Of a stretch of 64,000 nucleotides of DNA, positions 37,201-45,159 are shown in pieces. Positions within the stretch are counted from its first letter, which is position 1. Each line of letters begins with the position of its first letter. The notes below the pieces were generated by a model. That model worked only from the letters and a program-made list of their open reading frames with translations. It was not told the origin of the DNA and searched no databases. This DNA comes from an uncultured Planctomycetales bacterium. GTDB lineage: Bacteria > Omnitrophota > Gorgyraeia > Zapsychrales > JANLHA01. Both the position numbers and the translations under genes were made by a program. The stretch covers positions 150,304-214,303 of the forward strand of contig CAZAXH010000004.1 of the NCBI GenBank assembly GCA_964489065.1, read 5' to 3'.

Positions 37201-40200
37201 GGTGAATCGGTCATTGGGTCGGCCTGGGGCACTGCGGCGATGGGGCGGGTCGATTTGTCGGCCTGGGTCAAACGGTTCACCCGGATCAGGGAGGAAAATC
37301 CGGCAGTGAGCCGTTCGGAAATGGTGGTGCTTTCTAACAACAGCCCTCAAAACATGGTATCGGTAGCCAAAGTGTTTCAGGATAACAAATTATTATTCAT
37401 CGGCAATTTTTATAAAGAGGCCAAAACCATGGAATTGCCTGTTTTTCAATTTCCGGGATTCGGGATCGCCGCAGAGGATATAGCGGTGTTCCGCAACGCC
37501 CTTGCCCCCGAGGAGGAAATCCGGGTGGAACAAGGGAAGCTGACCTATCCCCTCGCTCCCGGGCAGGTGGCCGTGCTGAAACTGGAATCTGTGCGGAAAC
37601 CGGGGCCCACGTCCTCCCCCGTGACGCAAAGATGGAACTGGGCGGAGAATAAGAATAAAGCTGTGATGCTGTTGCCGGGTGAAACGTTGTTGATTGAGAA
37701 TGAGGAGTTTTTTGAACTGATTATTACAGAACATAATTTTGGGGGGACACAGACACTTTTTTGTGAAGCGGACCATAAATACATCGGCGATAAGTCGCAT
37801 CTTTATTATAAGCTTGAATTGACGGACTTAGACCCTGGAGATTATTCCATAATGTTTCGTTGGCCCGGGAAGCAGACCAACGGCGGCTGGGAAGGAGAGT
37901 CGGGGGGACCCCGGTCTTATCATTTTAAGGTTTTACCTGACATAACCCGTTTGAAATCTCCATATGAAAAATTGTCCATCCGAGTAACGTCCGGAGATCT
38001 AGGCCTCTCACCTGTATGGAACCCATTTCTAAAGTATCCGCATTATACAGTTACTTTATCCAACGGGATAGGAACGATTTTTAGAATACCGATCCGACCT
38101 CTCGTCCGGGAACAAAAAGACGGCGCTATCCGGGTGGGGGGCTATGTGAGCAAATATGACGGGTTCCTGGTCAACCTCAAGACAAGAGGCACTCCAGATG
38201 AAAATAAGCGGGCCATCTACCGGGGTGCAGTTGAGGATGTAAATGTAAAATTTCGTGATGGGAGTGAGCAGTTGTATTCCCTGGATATAAGAAGCTTTGA
38301 CCATTTTGAACGTTATCCGTCTCCGACCTGGACTTATGTTTTGAAAAAAGATTATTCCGGAATTGTGGTCATAGAAAAAACCGCGGTTGTCAAACAGGGA
38401 GAGAACACATTTGCCTTTCAGTACCGCGTTGTTTCAGCGACACCGGAAGTTGATGCCGTGGAGTTGTTCGTGCGGCCGGATATGGACCAGCGATCCCACC
38501 ATGAAACTACGACAATTACGCCAGAAGGCCTAGGCTGGTGGCAGGGAAAACAGCGGGTTGTATCCGACCAGAATGGAAACTCTATCGGGTTTGAATTGGG
38601 CGTCATTAATGAGGCTTGGAAACAGTGGTATCCGGGTTTTGAGGGGGTTCGGATGACAATCACAAAGGGCCGTTATCAAGAGTCCCCTGAGCGCCATTAT
38701 AGCGACAATCCGCTGGAAGAGGAGCGAGGACAACATAATTACAGCGACAGTTACAGCCCAGGATTCTTTTCCGCCATATTAAAAGCCGGGGAAACCACCA
38801 GCCTGGTTTTATCCAGCCGCGATATTAACACTCCCGACCATGTTTATGGGGAACAGGATGTTACGACTTTGATTCAAGAGAATACAACTCTTCTGCAAGA
38901 CCGTTTGGCTTTGATTAAGAATAAAGCGACAAGAGATGATGTCTTTGTGCAAAAACTGGTCCTGGCCCTCTGGGAGTTTATTGTTCAAAGGGACGAGTTT
39001 TATACTGTTATTGCCGGTCACCCCTGGTTTTCTGATTGGGGCCGGGACACCTTCATTGCTTTTGACGGAGTTTTGGCTGCAGGCATGTATGATGTGGCCC
39101 GGGGGTTGATTCTGGCTTTCGGGAGGTTTGAAGGTAAAGACGGAAACAAGGGGATGTTGCCCAATATTATCACAGGCGAGGAAGCAGGGAATTGGGATAC
39201 GGTGGATGCGCCGTTATTGTATGTGCTGGCTGTCCGGAATTATATTCAAAGCACGGGGGATGCCGGCATTTTGGAAACAAAAACCGGGGGCCGGACTGTG
39301 AGGGCGATTATTGAGTCCATCACGGAAGGGTATCAGCAGGGCACAAAAAACGGGATTCGCATGGACGCTGAGTCGGGGTTGATTTATTCCCCTGCCCATT
39401 ATACCTGGATGGATACGAATTATCCCGCGGCCACACCCCGGGAAGGCTACACGGTTGAGAACAACGCCCGATGGTTTGATGTTTTAAGTTGGCTTGCCGA
39501 GCTCGCCAGAAGGGACAATGATTTACCCAAGGCCGAGACTTATGCCCGGTTGGCGGCACGGGTCAAAGAAAGTTTTAATACGTATTTTTGGAATGAAAAC
39601 AGCGGCTATCTGGCGGATACAGTTTTCGCCGGCCAAGGGGTCAGCGCGAAAGACGGACGACCGGATCTTTCAATCCGGCCTAATCAGTTGATTGCGGTGC
39701 TTTCTGTCTATGGACTCTTATCTTCGGAACGCCAGCGAAAGATCGTTGAACTCGTTGAGAAAAAACTTCTGGTCCCAACGGGATTACGCACGCTGTCGGA
39801 AGACACCCAGTCCAGCGCGGAATTTCCTTATCGCGGCACGTATGAAGGCAGTGACGATTATGGCCGAAAACAAGCGTATCATAACGGCACGGTATGGCCG
39901 CACCTTTTCGGAGATTGGGCGCTGGCGTATGTTATGGCGAATAATTTTTCACAGCAAAGCAAAGAACATGTTTTACCGTATTTCACCACTCTGGATGAAC
40001 ATCTCAAGCAAGCCGGGGTAGGGAGTGTTTCGGAAGTGCGTGACGGGAATTATCCCCATCGGCCGAGAGGCACGGATGCCCAGGCCTGGAGTGTCGCGCT
40101 GCCCTTGGCCGCCTATACGAAAATACAGTATGGCGAACAAGACGACCAGGCTTCCTCTCCGATAGGAGTCTCGGGGCCAGGCGTCGCAGAATCGATAGTC

Positions 40201-40422
40201 CCGCAAGCCTCCCTTCAGACTTCTTCCGACCTTTCGCAGGATCTGGGGGGCATTAATCTTAACGCGGACCTGATGAACCTTAAAATCCAGCGTGACGAAC
40301 ACGGCCTCCCTCTCCCCCTGCCGCAACAACCTTTAATGGATATACAGGTGGAAGGCTTTTCCCCTGTCATCTTTTACGTCGTCCCCGTAGATATCCTGCT
40401 TTTGACCGGCCTGAAATCTTAA
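34201..40422 (+). CDS. 2073-aa secreted multidomain alpha-glucan-active enzyme: signal peptide, ~550-aa unknown N-domain, GH77 4-alpha-glucanotransferase domain, beta-rich middle region, archaeal-type glycogen-debranching (GDE_N/GDE_C, amylo-alpha-1,6-glucosidase) module, then a Pro-rich linker and hydrophobic C-terminal tail
   Basis: GH77 motifs: FFMISPFFPTQAESPFAPVSVYALSPRLID (compare LPLGPTGYGDSPYQSFSAFAGNPYLID), VVGDLPFF, WRIDAFHMYGRG (compare RIDHFRGF), TVADTHDS. GDE_C motifs: AGHPWFSDWGRDTFIAFDG, NGTVWPHLFGDWA. N-terminal signal MTIFHKNRPLVRRCFTLNLALIFFLTSLGGVCPVSA. C-terminus ...PLPLPQQPLMDIQVEGFSPVIFYVVPVDILLLTGLKS. Confidence 0.8.
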   Translation: MTIFHKNRPLVRRCFTLNLALIFFLTSLGGVCPVSAQELLKTSVALPSPGTMVLPTSEYTPMTIKGITIYPDDPFKFDFIMNTGNSGLEGEAFKTESRLLISYFLASLTTPEEDMWVNLSPEEKNRVIPENLGSTGLGVDMLAQDYLLKQLTASMIYPENDLGRDFWARIYKKVYALYGHINVPINTFNKVWILPDQAEVYEKGENAFIVTQHLKVLLEEDYKVFKSHLENKQLGMENIREEDAVVLQDTTSDIVREVLIPEIEKEVNHGKNFARLRQIFSAMILATWYKKTLKDSLLGQVYVDQAKTKGVDVEDKELKQRIYNQYIEAFKKGVFNYIKEDYDQVERKSVPRKYFSGGIDVRSSAITEKNLSVLSGPIQQQPPRVREAFTSPLGENQKVAVGLVLAGADQDLLNAWLAENASSPIVEAVDTTPPAGGYVTADLNAPLEVDVRIRIQKTPVPLDINNLIVTLHTELFTEKEKNFIRPNEGTIPWRDIVVPPEKITPATDSAGRIIPNVFNAKVDIVPTRTGAYAFKVNARTRQQDQPVWVQGENTTVQVDLLPTWLDKNQTHPMYVFQDDVKLRNFPANWTGLNAYLKQTAEETGKNFFMISPFFPTQAESPFAPVSVYALSPRLIDWQAVEDRGEHPFEKFRDFRHNASQARREAFERFRRGNLPIQQYADLLRERIQNRRDVTVYGVNYSDFAYLNSEEISEYLIYEQFVNLEQLYALLKYQREQGNHVVGDLPFFRSIVGVETRYEPNNFAHDGDNIDNPGFMGNKKVHDLAAWDEVAIDQRVQNGEKDPRILPFEYWNNLFHKVFLDRRTRIHGWRIDAFHMYGRGSSKDNAARLIWGTSLWEEFARYFQAHDLFLMAEQLGGDAHAYYHFQRLGLLQNAFILDLKAKKLDAFLSDLAWISRGLAVTVADTHDSARWAEEYFRMFEEVTGLAMTRPDDRAVQEKILNLAGPIFLGLLMLGPKLETALLSLGEHATQAPIKREFRDEKGESVIGSAWGTAAMGRVDLSAWVKRFTRIREENPAVSRSEMVVLSNNSPQNMVSVAKVFQDNKLLFIGNFYKEAKTMELPVFQFPGFGIAAEDIAVFRNALAPEEEIRVEQGKLTYPLAPGQVAVLKLESVRKPGPTSSPVTQRWNWAENKNKAVMLLPGETLLIENEEFFELIITEHNFGGTQTLFCEADHKYIGDKSHLYYKLELTDLDPGDYSIMFRWPGKQTNGGWEGESGGPRSYHFKVLPDITRLKSPYEKLSIRVTSGDLGLSPVWNPFLKYPHYTVTLSNGIGTIFRIPIRPLVREQKDGAIRVGGYVSKYDGFLVNLKTRGTPDENKRAIYRGAVEDVNVKFRDGSEQLYSLDIRSFDHFERYPSPTWTYVLKKDYSGIVVIEKTAVVKQGENTFAFQYRVVSATPEVDAVELFVRPDMDQRSHHETTTITPEGLGWWQGKQRVVSDQNGNSIGFELGVINEAWKQWYPGFEGVRMTITKGRYQESPERHYSDNPLEEERGQHNYSDSYSPGFFSAILKAGETTSLVLSSRDINTPDHVYGEQDVTTLIQENTTLLQDRLALIKNKATRDDVFVQKLVLALWEFIVQRDEFYTVIAGHPWFSDWGRDTFIAFDGVLAAGMYDVARGLILAFGRFEGKDGNKGMLPNIITGEEAGNWDTVDAPLLYVLAVRNYIQSTGDAGILETKTGGRTVRAIIESITEGYQQGTKNGIRMDAESGLIYSPAHYTWMDTNYPAATPREGYTVENNARWFDVLSWLAELARRDNDLPKAETYARLAARVKESFNTYFWNENSGYLADTVFAGQGVSAKDGRPDLSIRPNQLIAVLSVYGLLSSERQRKIVELVEKKLLVPTGLRTLSEDTQSSAEFPYRGTYEGSDDYGRKQAYHNGTVWPHLFGDWALAYVMANNFSQQSKEHVLPYFTTLDEHLKQAGVGSVSEVRDGNYPHRPRGTDAQAWSVALPLAAYTKIQYGEQDDQASSPIGVSGPGVAESIVPQASLQTSSDLSQDLGGINLNADLMNLKIQRDEHGLPLPLPQQPLMDIQVEGFSPVIFYVVPVDILLLTGLKS

Positions 40423-40629
40423 ATACACCGTCTTGGGACTTCCCCCCGGCCCTTTTCAGGACGGATTCCGTTCCTGTATATCCCCAAAAATCCTTTAAAA
40501 AAGTTAACATAAAAAACCGGAATTTTAGGAAATTTTTCTATATCTATTTTTCTTTAATCTCCCCCCACACACAAACTGGCTAATTTTTCGGTTCCGGGCC
40601 TCATGATTTTATGATAACTTAAAGGAGTC

Positions 40630-42198
40630 ATGTCCAACGATCCCTTAAGCCGCGCCGATGAAAATAACCGGGCCACGCGCCCTTTAAACCTATCCGCGAT
40701 GCGATTCCTTAAAGCAGCCCTGATCCCAGCGCTTCTTTTCATCATCAATTTTCTGCTGCGCCTCTCTTTAATTAGCAAAGGCCCCTATCATCTGGACTGT
40801 GTCACCATGGCCTACCAGGCCGGGCTCACGGTCAAGACCGGCACGCTCCATTACCTCCACAGCCACGGGTTCCCCTTGAGCGCCATACTCGCCGCCTTCA
40901 GCGCCTGGCTGGCGCAGGCCTTCGGTGCCGACGCCGTGGCCGCGGTGAACGGAATGAGCGTGTTCGTCAGCGCGCTTTCTGTCCCGCTTTTCTTTATCGT
41001 CACCCAGAAACTTTCCAGGAAAACCACGGCGGTCATAAGCAGCCTCTTGTTTTCGGTCAGCCCAATTTTCTTAAGCCTGTCGGTGTTCGGCAACACGCAC
41101 GTCTTAAGCCTGTTCCTCTGCTTGATGAGCGTATTCTTTATCCTTAAACTCAAAGCGCGTCCCTGTTCCAGCACCCTGCTGACGGCAGGGATTACGCTGG
41201 GATTATGGGGCGCGGCCCGCGTGCAGGACTTTCTCACCCTAGTGCCCGCGGTTCTGCTCCTCTTAAGGTTTCCCGTTATCCCCTCCGACGCCCCAAGGGG
41301 AAAACCGCTGACCACGCGGGCCCAAACGGCCGTGACAGCCTTGGCCATTGCGTTCATCATCACCGGATTATTCTACCTCCCGCTGGTCATGGCGACTCCG
41401 GGAAAAAGCCTGCGCCCGTTCTGGGATTTTGAAATCGCCAGCCGACTGAACATCCTGTCCCTCCGCTATCTTCTCCTCTCCCTGATTTATGGAGCCGATA
41501 ATTTTTTGCCGCTGGGCCTCGTGCTTATTGCCCTGGGCCATGTTATTATATATAGAATCAATAAATCTTTAGGCACGTTTTTAACGGCCTGGTACGCAGT
41601 TCCGCTTGTGGTGTTCAGCCGCCTGGATATTGTTATGCCCCGGTTTTTCCTGTGCGCCCTGCCGGCGCTCTACATCCTGGCGGGAACGGTGCTGGCCGCG
41701 CTATACCGACAGCGCAAAGTCTATTTTAAAACGATGACTCTCCTGATTATCCTTCTATGGGGCTGGCTGTGTTTTTACCGGATTTATCCCGTCCTTGACT
41801 TCCGGCACCGGCACGCGCTGTTGCCCGATTATATCCGCTGGATCAAGGACCAGGCCGGGCCGGGCGCCCTGATGATTCCCGGAGACGAAGGTGATTTTCT
41901 GCGATATTATAACGGGCCCGGCCTCCTGCGCCTCCCGCTCAAAATTCGGACCTCGTATTCCGAGGCGGAGCTTAATTCTTTCAAACAAAAAATCGACCGG
42001 GCGCTCGCCGGCGGCCGGGACGTCTATATCAATTACATCACCATGTCCGCCCACAACCCGCGGCGCCAGTTCACGGATTTTCTCCAAAAAAACTACTCGC
42101 TGATCTGCCTCGGAGAAAAACTTTATGAAGACTGGCACCGAGGTGCGATGTACCAGTTCATTTACCCGGTGGCTGTTTACAGGATCGTCAACGAATGA
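40630..42198 (+). CDS. polytopic membrane glycosyltransferase, GT-C fold (ArnT/PMT/DUF2723-like), paralog 1
   Basis: AAGGAG SD. About 11 TM helices followed by a ~120-aa C-terminal soluble domain. Conserved blocks shared with the downstream paralog: RLSLISKGPYHLDC, RHRHALLP, EDWHRG. Confidence 0.6.
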   Translation: MSNDPLSRADENNRATRPLNLSAMRFLKAALIPALLFIINFLLRLSLISKGPYHLDCVTMAYQAGLTVKTGTLHYLHSHGFPLSAILAAFSAWLAQAFGADAVAAVNGMSVFVSALSVPLFFIVTQKLSRKTTAVISSLLFSVSPIFLSLSVFGNTHVLSLFLCLMSVFFILKLKARPCSSTLLTAGITLGLWGAARVQDFLTLVPAVLLLLRFPVIPSDAPRGKPLTTRAQTAVTALAIAFIITGLFYLPLVMATPGKSLRPFWDFEIASRLNILSLRYLLLSLIYGADNFLPLGLVLIALGHVIIYRINKSLGTFLTAWYAVPLVVFSRLDIVMPRFFLCALPALYILAGTVLAALYRQRKVYFKTMTLLIILLWGWLCFYRIYPVLDFRHRHALLPDYIRWIKDQAGPGALMIPGDEGDFLRYYNGPGLLRLPLKIRTSYSEAELNSFKQKIDRALAGGRDVYINYITMSAHNPRRQFTDFLQKNYSLICLGEKLYEDWHRGAMYQFIYPVAVYRIVNE

Positions 42199-43739
42199 AA
42201 AACCGCCTTCCCTTTCATCCCGCTCTGATCCCTCTTTTATTCGGAGGGCTAAACCTGCTGTTACGGCTATCGGTAATCAGCCGGGGGCCATTTAACGGCG
42301 ACTGCCTCTCCCTGGCGATCCAGGCCGAGAAAACCCTGCAATTATTGCAACCCCAATACGTTTTCGGCACAGGCTATCCCCTGACGGTTCTCTTGGGTGC
42401 CTTGTTTTTCAGGCTGACACGGCTTTACGGCAACACCGATCCTGTCCTGGCCGTTAACCTTATGAGTGTGGTCTTAAGTTCGCTAACGGTGGCCATCCAT
42501 TACCTCGTCGTGCAAAAACTCCTGGACCGAACCGCGGCGATAGCCAGTGCGCTCTTATTGTCCGTGTTCCCCATATTTTTAGGGATATCCACCTACGGCA
42601 TGAGCCACGTCCCCAGCCTGTTGTTCCTGCATCTGGGCCTTTTATCGCTCCTGCAATTTAAGGAAACCCGCTCCGCCGCGAACTTCGCCTTAAGCGCCTT
42701 CTGGCTGGGATGCATGGGCGCCTCCCGTATTCAGGAATTCGCCCTCATGACCGTGCCCGTTTCGATCCTGCTGGGAACGCTTGTGTCCGGCGGAGGCGGC
42801 CCGCGGCCGGGCGCCAGAACAGCCTACCGCCGGTTCCTAAACAAATTCTTTTTCCTTTGGCTCGGCGCTGGTGCGACCGCGCTCCTTTTTCATCTTCCGC
42901 TTTTTCTTTTGTCCGCGCAAAACGGGTATTTCGTCCAGTTGAAACGGTACTGGGCCGCCAGCACGGCGCCGAACTTCTTAGGGTTCCTGTCGCCGGCTTT
43001 AGGCGACAGTTTTCAGGTCACATTCTTCAGCCTGACCCCCTTCGGCGCCATAGCCGCCGCGCTGGGGCTCCTCCTGCTCTTAAAAAACAAACGGTTCACA
43101 GCCCTGTTCCTGGCCGCGTGGTTCCTCTGGCCGCTCCTGTTCCTCGGCAACCTCGCCATGACAACACCGCGGTTCATCCTTATCGCGCTGATCCCGCTCT
43201 TGATTTTTTCCGGCGCGTTCTTTTCTCATCTTAAAAATTTCCCCAACACCCGTTTCCGCCTGCTCGCCAGCTTCGCTTTCGGCCTTATTTTTGTCACCAT
43301 GTTCGTCAACATCCACCCGATCCTGCGGTTCCGCCACCGGCATGAATTGCTGCCGGGTTTCGCCCGTTTCGTCCAGAAAAGCACCGAGCCCGGCGCGAAA
43401 ATCATCTGCGGGGACGAATTCCCGTTCATCATTTATTACGGCCGCCGGGACATGCTCCGCCGGCCTAACGACCCTTTCCGCATCACACCCACGGACATGG
43501 AAGTGTTCCGGGCCCGGCTGGACGAACTGCTTGCCGACGGGGTGCCTGTTTATATTACCTCCTCGGGCCTGTTCAGCTACGACCCGGGCAAACGCTTTTC
43601 CGGATTCATCCAATCTCATTACCGGCTGGAATACCAGGGCGAAACCCTTTCGGAAGACTGGCACCAGGGCGTCACCCGGCTGCGCGTCGGCGTGGAAAAA
43701 CTCTACCGGATCCAAAAGCTCCCGCGCGCGGAGCCCTAA
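42195..43739 (+). CDS. polytopic membrane glycosyltransferase, GT-C fold, paralog 2 (tandem duplicate)
   Basis: Start overlaps the upstream stop as ATGA. Same architecture and motifs: RLSVISRGPFNGDC, RFRHRHELLP, EDWHQG. Confidence 0.6.
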   Translation: MKNRLPFHPALIPLLFGGLNLLLRLSVISRGPFNGDCLSLAIQAEKTLQLLQPQYVFGTGYPLTVLLGALFFRLTRLYGNTDPVLAVNLMSVVLSSLTVAIHYLVVQKLLDRTAAIASALLLSVFPIFLGISTYGMSHVPSLLFLHLGLLSLLQFKETRSAANFALSAFWLGCMGASRIQEFALMTVPVSILLGTLVSGGGGPRPGARTAYRRFLNKFFFLWLGAGATALLFHLPLFLLSAQNGYFVQLKRYWAASTAPNFLGFLSPALGDSFQVTFFSLTPFGAIAAALGLLLLLKNKRFTALFLAAWFLWPLLFLGNLAMTTPRFILIALIPLLIFSGAFFSHLKNFPNTRFRLLASFAFGLIFVTMFVNIHPILRFRHRHELLPGFARFVQKSTEPGAKIICGDEFPFIIYYGRRDMLRRPNDPFRITPTDMEVFRARLDELLADGVPVYITSSGLFSYDPGKRFSGFIQSHYRLEYQGETLSEDWHQGVTRLRVGVEKLYRIQKLPRAEP

Positions 43740-43793
43740 GCCCCGCGGGGCCGAATCTGTTGCCCGTTTTCTGATTCAATGCTACACTTATAC

Positions 43794-44384
43794 ATGATGA
43801 AAAAACCCCTGTTAATCATAACACTCCTGTTTCTCCTGCCCGCAACCTTTCTCCTTATTCCCTCATCGGCCGCGGCGGGAGAGAACACCGCATCCGTGCC
43901 CCTACAGTTTATCTCTCTGAATGACGGCACGCTGATCCGGGGACGGCTGACTTCCGTCGAGAATGGCGTTTATATCATTCAAACCGAGCACTTGGGCGAA
44001 ATCCGGGTGAACCCGGAGGATATTCAAAGCATCTCTTCCGGAAATTTCCAGCGCAAGGAAAAGGACGACACTGCCGGCTCCCGGCAGAACGCGGCCAGGA
44101 CCGTTCCCCTTTCCCCGGGGACGCAGGTCCTGAATTCCCCGGACGCACTGCAAACGGTCCAGCAGGCCCTGATGAGCGATCCGCAAATCCTATCCCTTAT
44201 CCAGGACCTCATGCAGGACCCGGAGGTGGTGAAAATCATCGAGGACAGCAACCTCATGAACGACCTCTCGACACTGGACCCGGCCACCATACAGAAAAAC
44301 CAGGACTTCCAGCGCCTGCTCCAGCATCCGAAAATCCAACAGATCATCAAAACCTTCACCCAAAAAAATATCCAACTGCCTTAA
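43794..44384 (+). CDS. secreted protein with N-terminal beta region and C-terminal helical DP/Q-rich repeats
   Basis: Signal peptide MMKKPLLIITLLFLLPATFLLIPSSAAA. Repeats SDPQILSLIQDLMQDPEVVKIIED and DPATIQKNQDFQRLLQHPKIQQIIKTF. Confidence 0.55.
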   Translation: MMKKPLLIITLLFLLPATFLLIPSSAAAGENTASVPLQFISLNDGTLIRGRLTSVENGVYIIQTEHLGEIRVNPEDIQSISSGNFQRKEKDDTAGSRQNAARTVPLSPGTQVLNSPDALQTVQQALMSDPQILSLIQDLMQDPEVVKIIEDSNLMNDLSTLDPATIQKNQDFQRLLQHPKIQQIIKTFTQKNIQLP

Positions 44385-44454
44385 CGCGGGGGATTAAACT
44401 AGATATCTACGGGCTCTCCACCCGTAGGATTACGAGGGTCTACTAAAAGAGGAC

Positions 44455-45159
44455 TTAATGGATGTTGGAGTGGCGGTTATACCGCAGGCGTATTGTATCG
44501 ACGACAACCCGGGGACCGTGCCGCAGGATGGAAAAGGTTCCCGGCCCTTTGTCGCAATAAGAACCCGGGATCTCCAGGATGGAACAGCGGCGGGCAGAGA
44601 AAGCGTTGATGATTTCCATGTGAATATCAAAGCCGTCCGCACGAAGGGGAACCCGCGTTAAAACCTCGCGGGACATGGCGACGGTCCCGGATCCGATGTC
44701 AAAAACCGGGACATGAAAAAGTATCCGGCAAAGCCAGAAATACATCCGGCTGACCGTCCTGCGCAGAAACGGGACGCGGCCCTGCCCCGCGGCAAGATAG
44801 CGGGACACGACAACCATCTCGTATTTTTTGCTTAGCGCGACCAGATCTTTCAAAACAGCGGTGCCAAAAGGGAGATCGACGTCGCAATACACCACGGTCT
44901 GGCCCTGCGCCTCTTCGAACAGCCGCCTTAACGTAAACCCCAGGCCGCGGTTTTTTTCATTGAACGCACAGCGCACGCCGGAACGCTGATCCGCAAGACG
45001 GCGCAGGACATCGGCACTGCCGTCAGAGCTCCCATCGTCCCGAAGTAAAATTTCATATTCCAAACCCTGTCCGTCGCAAAAGACGGCAAGCTCTTCCACC
45101 GCAGGGATGATAAGATCCCTGGAATTATAAACAGGGATAACGACAGACAACTCGGGCAT
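44455..45159 (-). CDS. GT2-family polyprenyl-phosphate glycosyltransferase (Dpm1/GtrB/ArnC-like)
   Basis: LSVVIPVYNSRD...DDGSSDGS...VVYCDVDLPF GT-A motifs. 234 aa with no C-terminal TM pair. Confidence 0.7.
   Translation of the reverse strand: MPELSVVIPVYNSRDLIIPAVEELAVFCDGQGLEYEILLRDDGSSDGSADVLRRLADQRSGVRCAFNEKNRGLGFTLRRLFEEAQGQTVVYCDVDLPFGTAVLKDLVALSKKYEMVVVSRYLAAGQGRVPFLRRTVSRMYFWLCRILFHVPVFDIGSGTVAMSREVLTRVPLRADGFDIHMEIINAFSARRCSILEIPGSYCDKGPGTFSILRHGPRVVVDTIRLRYNRHSNIH

Noticed and set aside
44407-44427. Hairpin CTACGGG-ctctcca-CCCGTAG between the convergent secreted-protein and GT2 genes, considered as a terminator.
   Set aside because: No U- or A-tract on either side, so it cannot be called from sequence alone.
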